Source of the DNA: a bacterium
Lineage (GTDB): Bacteria; Patescibacteriota; Minisyncoccia; UBA6257; JAGOQP01
Direction: 5' to 3'
Assembly (NCBI GenBank): GCA_021780155.1
Contig: JAJXZH010000011.1
Location: forward strand, 846 to 64,845
DNA: 64,000 nucleotides
A program made the position numbers and the translations under genes. The notes under the pieces are model-generated. The model had not been told where the DNA came from. It worked only from the letters and a program-made list of their open reading frames with translations, and made no database searches. How positions within the stretch are numbered: the stretch's first letter is position 1; each line of letters begins with the position of its first letter. Below, piece after piece: positions 47,473 through 56,277 of this stretch.

Positions 47473-48798
47473 TCAAAAACTGCTAAACAAAAAATTCATA
47501 GGATCTTGATACCCAAAAAGCCACGGGTTGTCGGAAGTGTAGCCGACACAATTTGTTATTTTGCCATTGGGAATAACGCAAGTATCGCTTTTGGGGGAAC
47601 CAATAACCGGCTCGCTTTTTATTTCCAAGTGCAGATGAATATCATTTTCACCGGGTTGATCGCATCCATCTTTTCCTATTTTCCAATAATCGCATCCGTA
47701 TCCGGTATTGCCGACGGTCGCTATCTTCTGTCCGCCGGATATAATATCGCCTATTTTTATCCCCGCTTCAATAGAGCTCAGGTGCCCATATAAAGAGTAG
47801 ATTTTCTCTCCGTTTATTTTATGTTCCAAGATTATTGTATTACCCAAACCGGCGTCACCGTGTCCATTTGAAATTATATTTACAACAACTCCCGGATAAA
47901 TAGCATAAACTCCCCGATCAACGGCATCTTTATAAGGAGCCAAGTCCAAGCCGGCATGTTGAATGTATTCTTCTTTTTTGTCTCCGCTCCAAACACCTCC
48001 CGACCTGATGGGAGAATTATATCTTTGGCGAACCCAAAACTGAGACAGATTAACCGGAGCAAAGAAATTATCTTTCAATTTGGCATTATCCAACGTTACA
48101 TACGAAACAACGGCATCTCCGGTTTTAGCGGTATCGTAAAAAGTTTTTGCAATATCATCATTGAGTCGAATGCATCCTCCGGAAAATTGACTGGTAACTT
48201 TGGAGCCGTCTCCCCAGTAGGGAATGTTATGTATAAAAAAATCCTCATAAAACTGGACGGCATCTTCCATAAAAACCGGAACAACCGAAGATTTTAATTT
48301 TCTGGTTTTAACTCCAATATCAAAATAACCGGTTGGCGTTTCAAACCAAATTCCATAAGGAGCTTGGTAGGCAATGGGAAATATTTTTTGAACAACTCCG
48401 TTTTCATAAAATAAAATTTTATTGTCGGTCAAATTTATTTCAAATAAACGAAACGCATTTTCTTTGGGGGGTTTAAAACAATATTTTTGGTCTTCAGGAT
48501 TTAAAGACGCCATATTATTTCCGCAATAATTTATCGGCTGATTTTTTATTTCCGTTGAAGTTTCCGATGGTTGAGCAAAAGAAGGCAAAGCCGAACCCGC
48601 TAAATCAAGACCAACCGAAGACGTAATATTGCCACCAACAGTTGTTGATGATTCATTTGAATCTTTGGGATAGTAAACAATTTCTGAGGCCATCAATTTT
48701 GACAACTCATTTTTTAAAAAAATATTATTTTTAAAAACAAAAAAACCGCCGACAAAAAGCGCCACCAATAAAACAATTAATGATTTTCTCATTGCCAA
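47473..48798 (-). CDS. bifunctional L,D-transpeptidase (YkuD) / M23 (LytM) peptidase-domain cell-wall enzyme
   Basis: YkuD catalytic GGCIRLNDD. M23 HxxxD (EHKINGEKIYSLYGH) and HLHLE motifs. N-terminal TM anchor. Confidence 0.75.
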   Translation of the reverse strand: MAMRKSLIVLLVALFVGGFFVFKNNIFLKNELSKLMASEIVYYPKDSNESSTTVGGNITSSVGLDLAGSALPSFAQPSETSTEIKNQPINYCGNNMASLNPEDQKYCFKPPKENAFRLFEINLTDNKILFYENGVVQKIFPIAYQAPYGIWFETPTGYFDIGVKTRKLKSSVVPVFMEDAVQFYEDFFIHNIPYWGDGSKVTSQFSGGCIRLNDDIAKTFYDTAKTGDAVVSYVTLDNAKLKDNFFAPVNLSQFWVRQRYNSPIRSGGVWSGDKKEEYIQHAGLDLAPYKDAVDRGVYAIYPGVVVNIISNGHGDAGLGNTIILEHKINGEKIYSLYGHLSSIEAGIKIGDIISGGQKIATVGNTGYGCDYWKIGKDGCDQPGENDIHLHLEIKSEPVIGSPKSDTCVIPNGKITNCVGYTSDNPWLFGYQDPMNFLFSSF

Positions 48799-48835
48799 CT
48801 GATTTTAATCTAAAAATTATACAAATAAAAGAAAA

Positions 48836-48860
48836 GCCGCGTTTTTTAAAAAAACGCGGC
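48836..48860 (-). terminator. rho-independent terminator (perfect palindrome) downstream of the GC-rich small gene
   Basis: GCCGCGTTTTTTAAAAAAACGCGGC is followed on the minus strand by a U-run. Confidence 0.5.
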
Positions 48861-48887
48861 AAAAAACTAACATCCTCCAGTCACGCC

Positions 48888-49217
48888 TTAGGCGTGACCG
48901 AAGACAAAAAGAATGACCGAAGCGGCAAAAATTGCCGCCACGGTCATCCAGTCCGCCAGCAGAAAAAACTTCTGCCGGCGAACAGCGCGCTGGACGGAGC
49001 GTTGCGCCGCCCAGCCACAAAGAATCAAACCGGCGATGGAGCCAACCCCCATCGCCAGAGTCCACAACCTCTCGGGACCGGAGGACGAAAGCGCCCCCCC
49101 GAGCCCGAGATTCAAGTCCACCAAGAAACCGGCGAACCCGAAGATCACTGCGCCAAAAATCGCGGCGGCGGCGACAAAAATCGCCGCCACACCAAAGAAA
49201 ATCCACCGATTGAACAT
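48888..49217 (-). CDS. small 3-TM membrane protein encoded in a GC-rich islet
   Basis: 109 aa with three hydrophobic helices. Strong SD (AGGAGGGAG) 6 nt upstream of the ATG. Local GC is clearly far above the flanks. The TAA stop sits in the loop of hairpin GTCACGCC-TTA-GGCGTGAC. Confidence 0.5.
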   Translation of the reverse strand: MFNRWIFFGVAAIFVAAAAIFGAVIFGFAGFLVDLNLGLGGALSSSGPERLWTLAMGVGSIAGLILCGWAAQRSVQRAVRRQKFFLLADWMTVAAIFAASVILFVFGHA

Positions 49218-49373
49218 ATTACTCCCTCCTTTTTGCCCGCCTTAATCACTCTGTGCGAGCTGTTCACTACTTGTTTTGTTGTTGTTTTCAAACAAATCTA
49301 TTTTATATTATAGCAAATAAATGTAATTTGTCAATAACAATCAAAAATATGACAAATAAAATTCAAAAACGAA

Positions 49374-50111
49374 TTAATTGCCTGTGACCATCGATTCAAG
49401 CGTCTTGACGTCAAAAGGATTGGTTACCTGCTGAGCTTTGCCGTTTTTAATAACAAAGAGAGTCGGAGTTGATATATTTTGACCCATCGCCTTTTGCGCG
49501 TCGGACATAAAGCCGTTTATTTGGTTGGAATATTTTTGAGAGTCATAGCAAGAAGAAAATTGATTCACATCCATACCTATTTTTTTGGCGGAATTAACAA
49601 AAAAGTCTCTGGTCAAATTTCCGGAATTTTCATTGCTCTTGCCACTTTTAATTTCACTGAGTTCGGCATTATAGATTGAGTCATACATATCCCAAAATTT
49701 CCCCTGGTCGTTGGCGCATTCTGCCGCCTGAGCCGCATGCCATGACTCTCCACTTCCTCCTTTGTGAGCATAATCGTCAATGAAAGTTAAAATTTTAAAA
49801 ACCATATTGGCTTTGCCGGTATCAATCAAATCTTTTCTGATTTGTGGTTCGGCTGTTCCAAAAAACTGAGTGCAAGCGGAACATTGAAAATCTCCGAACT
49901 CTAAAATAGTGGCCGGAGCATCAGCCTTGCCAAGCACGGGCAGTCCTTCCACCGAAAGACCCTGATCAGAAAGAGAAAGAGGCGCCGTCGGCGTTTGATT
50001 GCCGGAATTATTTGCGGAATTTCTGGGGAAAAAATACATCAATCCCATTCCCGCCACAAGAATCACAATGACAATAATCAAATAAATAGTCAGCCTGTTG
50101 TTGTTTTGCAT
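49374..50111 (-). CDS. DsbA-family thiol:disulfide oxidoreductase, membrane-anchored
   Basis: N-terminal TM. Thioredoxin-fold CxxC (FQCSACTQF). Overall DsbA/BdbD-like length. Confidence 0.6.
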   Translation of the reverse strand: MQNNNRLTIYLIIVIVILVAGMGLMYFFPRNSANNSGNQTPTAPLSLSDQGLSVEGLPVLGKADAPATILEFGDFQCSACTQFFGTAEPQIRKDLIDTGKANMVFKILTFIDDYAHKGGSGESWHAAQAAECANDQGKFWDMYDSIYNAELSEIKSGKSNENSGNLTRDFFVNSAKKIGMDVNQFSSCYDSQKYSNQINGFMSDAQKAMGQNISTPTLFVIKNGKAQQVTNPFDVKTLESMVTGN

Positions 50112-50269
50112 ATTTTTTTTAATTAATAAGTTTTATAAGTATAAACCAAAACATAATTATCGGTCAAATGCCAAAATAAATAACAAAAAAATACTGGCCA
50201 TTTTGTTTCACGTTCTATTGACATAAATCCATTTTGAGATTAAACCAATTATAAACTATACTATTTTAT

Positions 50270-51586
50270 ATGCTGATTAAGATTAAACAGGCGATATTGG
50301 TTATTGGCGACATAATTTTTTTATACGCTTCGCTTTTTTTGATGATTCTCGTTCGCTATGGAAGAATAGACAAATTTCTTTTTGATGCTCACTTTGTTCC
50401 TTTTTCTATAGTTTTTATCTTATGGGTAGCGGTTTTTTACATCGCCGGTCTTTATGAATTAAGAGCGGTAAAAAACAGAACCGATATGATCCAACAATTA
50501 CTGGCAGCAACTATAGCCAGCCTGATTGTTTCGATTATAGCTTTTTATTCTATTCCGTCTTTTAACATCGCTCCGAAAAGAAATCTGGTCATTTTCTCAA
50601 TAATATTTTTTGTCTTTGCTTACGGATGGAGAGAGCTCTTCGGATTGTGGGCAAAAATTCCTCAAAAAAGAGTGCTTACCGTCGGAGGTGGGAAAGAAGA
50701 AGAGTCAATGAATATATATCTTTTTGAAAATCCTCAGCTTGGTTATAAAGTGGCCTTTCAAATCAGCGACATTAAACAATCCAGCGACAATTACTTTTCC
50801 AAAATAATAGAGGACTATGAAATTGACACTATAATTATAGGACCTCAAGCGGAACACTCCCAAGAAATTCTTGAGTCGGTGTATAAAAATCTGGATAAAG
50901 GAATTGAAGTTATGGATTTTACTTCGGCTTATGAACTTTTCTACAAAAAAGTTCCTCTTTCGGCCATCCATTATTTATGGGTGAGCACCAATGTCTCCAA
51001 AAGCCAAAGAATCTACGAAACGATAAAAAGACCTTTTGAGATTCTACTTTCTTTGATTTCAATTGTCGTTCTTTCACCTTTTATACTGCTTGCCTCTATC
51101 GGAGTAAAATTAAATTCCAAAGGTCCGGTTTTTTACACCCAATTAAGAGTTGGCAAAAAACGAAAAATTTTTAAAATATATAAGTTCAGGACGATGATAA
51201 AAAACGCCGACCAAAACGGACCAGATTGGACAGAAAGTCGCGACCCGAGAATCACCGGTTTTGGAAAAATATTGCGCTTTACCCACTTTGACGAAGCCCC
51301 TCAATTATTTAATGTCTTAAAAGGCGATATGTCTTTTGTCGGACCACGACCGGAAAGCGTTCCTTTGGTGGAAAGTTTCAGAAAAAAAATACCGTATTAC
51401 GACGCACGACACATAATCAAACCCGGAATATCCGGCTGGGCACAGATAAACTATAAACCAAGCGCTTCCATTGAAGAGGCTTATGAAAAATTTCAATATG
51501 ACCTCTACTATATAAAGGAGCGCTCCCTGACTTTGGACATTTTGATAATATTAAGGACCTTAAAAATGTTTTTATCTAACAATTAA
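50270..51586 (+). CDS. polyprenyl-phosphate glycosyl-1-phosphate transferase (WbaP/bacterial sugar transferase family)
   Basis: Multi-TM N-terminal region. The C-terminal catalytic domain carries KIYKFRTM, DE...PQL, and SFVGPRPE. Confidence 0.85.
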   Translation: MLIKIKQAILVIGDIIFLYASLFLMILVRYGRIDKFLFDAHFVPFSIVFILWVAVFYIAGLYELRAVKNRTDMIQQLLAATIASLIVSIIAFYSIPSFNIAPKRNLVIFSIIFFVFAYGWRELFGLWAKIPQKRVLTVGGGKEEESMNIYLFENPQLGYKVAFQISDIKQSSDNYFSKIIEDYEIDTIIIGPQAEHSQEILESVYKNLDKGIEVMDFTSAYELFYKKVPLSAIHYLWVSTNVSKSQRIYETIKRPFEILLSLISIVVLSPFILLASIGVKLNSKGPVFYTQLRVGKKRKIFKIYKFRTMIKNADQNGPDWTESRDPRITGFGKILRFTHFDEAPQLFNVLKGDMSFVGPRPESVPLVESFRKKIPYYDARHIIKPGISGWAQINYKPSASIEEAYEKFQYDLYYIKERSLTLDILIILRTLKMFLSNN

Positions 51587-51787
51587 AACCAACGGTATTT
51601 TATATGACGCAACGATTTTTAATCTATTTTCCCCTGTGATTTTAAAAAAACTTGGAATTTAATGAATATTGTGCCATAATTGTGATACATCCCCCATATT
51701 TGGGGGTTTAAATTAAAAACAGGAGTTATTTAAGCATCTTTTATCCCAGAAAGTGGGTGAAACACAAACAAGTTAAATTCGTTTTAT

Positions 51788-52345
51788 ATGGCAGATGAGC
51801 GCAACGACAACGAAAAACAGCTTTTAGAAAGCGCTATCCGGGGTGAGGCCTCGGCTTTTGGCTTGCTTTATGACAAATATCAACCGAATATTTTTCGGTT
51901 TATATTCTTAAAAGTAAGCCGGCGTGAGGAGGCCGAGGACCTCACTCATCAGGTATTTCTCAATGCCTGGCAAAACATAGAAGCCTTTGAAGATCAGGGA
52001 TTGCCATTATCAAGTTGGCTTTATAAAATTGCCAGAAACAAGGTGATTGATTATTACCGAACAAAAAAAAGCATCACCAGCATAGAAAATGTTTCGGAGG
52101 ACTATTTTGAAACCTCACGGGATGGAGGGATGGAAACAATAGGAAATAAAATAGAAGTAGAAGAAATATATAGAGCCCTCAAAAAACTTTCTCCCGAATA
52201 TCAGGAAATAATAATAATGAGGTTTGTGGAAGAATTGTCACCGCGAGAAATTGCAAAAATAACCGGCAAAAAAAACGGGGCAATCAGAGTTTTGCAATTT
52301 AGAGCATTGAGACGACTTAAAAAGATATTGGAAAAAAATGAATAA
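51788..52345 (+). CDS. ECF-type RNA polymerase sigma factor (paralog of 45882..46457)
   Basis: Region 2 (SSWLYKIARNKVIDYYRTKK) and a region 4 HTH (IAKITGKKNGAIRVLQFRALRRLK). Confidence 0.8.
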   Translation: MADERNDNEKQLLESAIRGEASAFGLLYDKYQPNIFRFIFLKVSRREEAEDLTHQVFLNAWQNIEAFEDQGLPLSSWLYKIARNKVIDYYRTKKSITSIENVSEDYFETSRDGGMETIGNKIEVEEIYRALKKLSPEYQEIIIMRFVEELSPREIAKITGKKNGAIRVLQFRALRRLKKILEKNE

Positions 52346-52898
52346 AAAACAAATAATCAACAATTTAAAACTATTAAAAGAAATCAATCCCGAAAATGAC
52401 TTTTCCAGAAAGTCCAGGTTAGCCATTCTTCAAACACCATTTGTTTCCAAAAAAGTTTTACAAGATGAATCAATTTTGTCGGCACTGGAGATGGCTCCAA
52501 TAAAATTAAAAAACTATTCCTTAAAAAGCATATTTTCTAACGGAGGCAGAGCAATATCCGTGGCAATGGCGACGGCAATTATTCTGGTTGGAATCTATTT
52601 TGCCACCTCTCAATTATCACCACTTTTTCTCCCGGGATTAAATCAAAGCAAGGTTGTTGCCGAAGCGGATATGATAAACAACACCATCAACATCCAGCTT
52701 TCTCATATAAGTAAATTTGAACAAACCGCCAAAGCAAGCACCACTGCTCTCAAAGAAGTTGCCGCTACCGCTCCCAATCACATAAATTCGTCTGTTATTA
52801 AAGCCGAACAATCTGAAATAAATTCAGCTTTCAATACTGATCCGCAATCGCAAAATAATCAGGATATAAGCAATATATTAAAAACAATTTCTCAATAA
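52338..52898 (+). CDS. single-pass membrane protein, putative anti-sigma factor (module 2)
   Basis: Overlaps the sigma gene stop. One TM (ISVAMATAIILVGIYFATS). The extracytoplasmic domain is Ser/Asn-rich. Confidence 0.4.
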   Translation: MNKKQIINNLKLLKEINPENDFSRKSRLAILQTPFVSKKVLQDESILSALEMAPIKLKNYSLKSIFSNGGRAISVAMATAIILVGIYFATSQLSPLFLPGLNQSKVVAEADMINNTINIQLSHISKFEQTAKASTTALKEVAATAPNHINSSVIKAEQSEINSAFNTDPQSQNNQDISNILKTISQ

Positions 52899-53878
52899 TG
52901 AAAACAAAAAACATCAAAAAAATATTTTTATCATCCATTTTTTGCAGTTTGTTGCTAACAGCATTTTTTGTGAACATTTCAAAAGCAAACGCCCAAGACC
53001 AACAAAGCGGTTCACTTTCGGATATAATTTCTCAAACCAAAGATGAAGTAAATCAACTTTTGAACCTCAAAGACGACACGACTTTATCTACAGACCAAAA
53101 ACAAAAACAAGAAACCGACTTGAATATAAAAATTATTTCAAATGTTTTGGATATTTCTCTTTCTCAAGTAAGTTCCACTATCCAACAATTTGCCAGCACC
53201 ACCCTTCCTCAAGGAAATGGTTGGTCTGACGTTGGGGAGTATATAAACAACTTGCTTAATAATGATTATCAATATTACCAAAACGCTCAGGCTGAATTTA
53301 ATGCATCTTCCACCTCAATGACTTTGGATCAATTAAAATTGTTTGCTAAAGATTTAAACGACAAGAAATCCGGCCAAACCGATCAAGACCTTCAAAGAAT
53401 CAATATTGTGATTGCCGCCTTAAATACGCCGAGCATTCTATCAATTGCCGATGAAAGACTCTCCAAAGTATCGCTGGATGTCAAAAAAATATACGACCGG
53501 AATATGACAAAAAACCAAACACTAAAGGATCTTTATGACCAGGCATCCAAATATTTGTCTAACGCTCACGACTACAACAACCAAGCTTTAGATATGATAT
53601 TAAACACATTCACCGCTTCAACTACCACTTCAACCAAAGATTACGTGACATCGCTTAAAGATAAAATATCAAAAAACAAAGAAATTGCCGCCAATGCTCT
53701 GTCGGATATATCCTCTCCCGATTCCAACTCAAGCTCCACTCAAGATTTTTCCGCAAGCCAGGAAGATATGGATAATTATTTGGCCAATTTGGTTTCAAAT
53801 GCCTACACCGGTATAAAATCGGCTTATGATGTCTTTGTAAAAATGAGCACTAATATAAATAAATATCTAAACAGTTAA
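52898..53878 (+). CDS. secreted hypothetical protein (third gene of sigma module 2)
   Basis: Signal peptide. The C-terminal SAYDVFVKM motif is shared with the 44209-45234 protein. Confidence 0.4.
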   Translation: MKTKNIKKIFLSSIFCSLLLTAFFVNISKANAQDQQSGSLSDIISQTKDEVNQLLNLKDDTTLSTDQKQKQETDLNIKIISNVLDISLSQVSSTIQQFASTTLPQGNGWSDVGEYINNLLNNDYQYYQNAQAEFNASSTSMTLDQLKLFAKDLNDKKSGQTDQDLQRINIVIAALNTPSILSIADERLSKVSLDVKKIYDRNMTKNQTLKDLYDQASKYLSNAHDYNNQALDMILNTFTASTTTSTKDYVTSLKDKISKNKEIAANALSDISSPDSNSSSTQDFSASQEDMDNYLANLVSNAYTGIKSAYDVFVKMSTNINKYLNS

Positions 53879-53934
53879 AGCAAAAGATAATAAAGTAGCC
53901 ATAAAAATCGCCAAAATAAAAAGGCGATTTTTTG

Positions 53935-54023
53935 TAAAATAAAAATAACCCCAAAGACCTCACCTTAGGGTTATTTTAATAGAATAAAAATAACCCCAAA
54001 GACCTCACCTTAGGGTTATTTTT
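53935..54023. repeat. tandem duplication (2 x about 44 bp) of a terminator-like hairpin
   Basis: ATAAAAATAACCCCAAAGACCTCACCTTAGGGTTATTTT occurs twice in tandem between convergent genes. The 52898..53878 gene has its own hairpin just upstream (AAAAATCGCC-N10-GGCGATTTTT). Confidence 0.55.
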
Positions 54024-54042
54024 AAGTGTTTAAACGCTAAAA

Positions 54043-54318
54043 TTATTTAACGGCTTCTTTAAGAGCTTTAGCGGCTCTGAATTTTGGCTTAATTGAAGCG
54101 GCAATTTGAATTTTTTCTCCGGTTCTTGGGTTGACACCTTCGCGAGCCGATCTCTTGACGACTCTGAAAGTTCCAAATCCGGCAACAGCCACCTCTTCTC
54201 CTTTAGCCATAGTTTTGGCTATCGTATCAAAGACAGCTTCAACAGCGGTAGTTGCTTGTTTTTTAACTTCAATACCGGCTGCTTTCATCACTGCTTCGAC
54301 TAATTCTGGCTTTTTCAT
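54043..54318 (-). CDS. hup: DNA-binding protein HU
   Basis: MKKPELVEAV...GFGTFRVVKRSAREGVNPRTGEKIQIAA carries the HU/IHF arm motif. 91 aa. Confidence 0.9.
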   Translation of the reverse strand: MKKPELVEAVMKAAGIEVKKQATTAVEAVFDTIAKTMAKGEEVAVAGFGTFRVVKRSAREGVNPRTGEKIQIAASIKPKFRAAKALKEAVK

Positions 54319-54520
54319 ATTATATTATTCATATTTTATCCCGACCTTTTTACCTACTGGACTAATTATAAACAATCACCTTTATAAAAACAAGCAAATA
54401 AGCGACTTTTTGTGAATTAATTGTTGACTGATAAAAAATGGCTTAAATGCTTATTATTTTAAAGCTCAAAAATCGGCATAAAATCTTATTTTAATTACCA
54501 ATACGAAATTATCAAAAATA

Positions 54521-54546
54521 AAAACCCCGAAATTTACGGGGTTTTT
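54521..54546 (-). terminator. rho-independent terminator downstream of rny
   Basis: AAAACCCCG-AAATTTA-CGGGGTTTT. Confidence 0.5.
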
Positions 54547-54560
54547 ATTTTAATTTTCAT

Positions 54561-56117
54561 TTATTTGGCGTACTCCACCGCGCGCGTCTCTCTCATAACG
54601 ACAACTTTTATTTCTCCCGGATATTTAAGTTCGGATTCAATTTTTTTGGCAATCTCTCGCGCCAATTCCAAAGATCCAAAGTCATCTATTTTTTCTGGAG
54701 TAACAAAAATTCTGAGTTCTCTTCCGGCTGAAATAGCGTAAGCATTCTTAACGCCCTCAAAACCGGTAGCAATATTTTCCAAATCTCCAAGACGTTTAAT
54801 GTAGTTTTCAAGAGTATCTCTTCTGGCGCCAGGTCTGGCGGCAGAAATTGCATCAGCAGCGGCAACAACATATGCCTCAGGAATAGCAAACGGATATTCT
54901 TCGTGATGAGCTTCCATCGCTTGCACGACTTGATCGCTTATTCCGTATTTTTTTAGAATTTTTCTTCCAATCTCTACGTGGCTACCGGAAACTTCGTGGT
55001 CAATTGATTTTCCAATGTCATGAAGTAGGGCTCCTTTTCTGGCAACATCGGCGTTCAATTTCAATTCTTCGGCAATCATTCCGGCAAATGAAGCCACCTC
55101 TATCGAATGTCTTAAGACATTCTGACCATAACTGGTTCTAAAATTAAGTCGTCCCAAAAGCTGAACAATTTCTTTGGGTAGGTCGTAAACCCCAACCTCA
55201 TAAGCGGCTCCCTCTCCCGCCTCCATTATTTTTTTTGAAATTTCTTGAGTAGCTTCCTCCACTTTTTCTTCTATTTTGGCCGGCTGAATTCTTCCGTCTT
55301 TAATCAATTTTTCCAAAGCCAGACGGGCGATTTCTCTTCGTACCGGGTCAAAAGAAGAAATAACAATACTATCGGGGGTTTCATCAATTACCAATTCAAC
55401 GCCGGTAACTTTTTCAAAAGTTCTTATGTTTCGCCCCTCTTTTCCGATAACTTTTCCTTTGAATTCCTCATCGGGGAGCTGGACGGAAGTCGTAGTTAAT
55501 TCAGCCGCCGAAGATCGGCCATATCGCTGAATAACGGTGGTCAATATTTCACTGGCTTTTTTCTCTATCTCATCTCTTCTTTCGCCCATCATTTTTTTCA
55601 CATACTCCGCCAAATCCTGCTGATATTTTTGTTCGGCATCTTTCATTAAAAGTTCTTTGGCTTCTTCTTGCGAAAGCTTGGCTATCTTTTCAAGTTCTTT
55701 TGAGATTCCGGCTTTAAGTTGTTCGATGTGACTCTTGGCCTCAATCAATTTTTGAACATCGGATTGGACGTTTTTTTCTTTTTCTTTTATTTCAAGTGAT
55801 TCCTTTTCAAGAGATTCTTCTTTTTTTAATAATCTCTCTTCTACTCTGTCTAATTGCGATTTTCTCTCCCTCTCTTCTTGTTTTATTTCTTCAAGAATTT
55901 GAGCGGATTTTTGTTGCGCTTCCAAAACAACCTCCTTTGATTTGGTTTTGGCTTCTTCAATTTGACGATTTATTTTTTCCTCCAAAGAGGCGGCTCTTTT
56001 AGAAACGAGGTTCTGCCTTACAAAGTAGCCGGCCGCTATCCCAACCACTAAGGCAATTCCGAGATAAACAAAATTTATCGTATCCATATGGTATACGGGC
56101 CTCAAGATTCTCCTCAA
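54561..56117 (-). CDS. rny: ribonuclease Y
   Basis: N-terminal TM, a long coiled coil, a KH domain (GKVIGKEGRNIRTFE), and an HD domain (ALLHDIGK). Confidence 0.9.
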   Translation of the reverse strand: MRRILRPVYHMDTINFVYLGIALVVGIAAGYFVRQNLVSKRAASLEEKINRQIEEAKTKSKEVVLEAQQKSAQILEEIKQEERERKSQLDRVEERLLKKEESLEKESLEIKEKEKNVQSDVQKLIEAKSHIEQLKAGISKELEKIAKLSQEEAKELLMKDAEQKYQQDLAEYVKKMMGERRDEIEKKASEILTTVIQRYGRSSAAELTTTSVQLPDEEFKGKVIGKEGRNIRTFEKVTGVELVIDETPDSIVISSFDPVRREIARLALEKLIKDGRIQPAKIEEKVEEATQEISKKIMEAGEGAAYEVGVYDLPKEIVQLLGRLNFRTSYGQNVLRHSIEVASFAGMIAEELKLNADVARKGALLHDIGKSIDHEVSGSHVEIGRKILKKYGISDQVVQAMEAHHEEYPFAIPEAYVVAAADAISAARPGARRDTLENYIKRLGDLENIATGFEGVKNAYAISAGRELRIFVTPEKIDDFGSLELAREIAKKIESELKYPGEIKVVVMRETRAVEYAK

Positions 56118-56277
56118 CGCTTTTGTTTTTCAAAAATTTAAAAAAATCAATGGTGTAAGAATTCATCCTAAAGTCCAAATTAATTCAAATGCGTATTTTT
56201 ATAATAAACCCAAAACAATCTGGCGTCAAACTGATTTTTCTATTATTATTAGTTGACGCTTCAATTAAACAAACAAA

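Noticed and set aside
48780-49313. Plus-strand ORFs of 93-177 aa (48780..49313, 48913..49245, 48932..49213) and a second minus-strand ORF (48817..49206) over the GC-rich islet
   Set aside because: High GC suppresses stop codons in all frames. These ORFs are Arg/Pro-rich, lack an SD, and lack hydrophobic structure. Only the 48888..49217 minus ORF has an SD, TM helices and a terminator.
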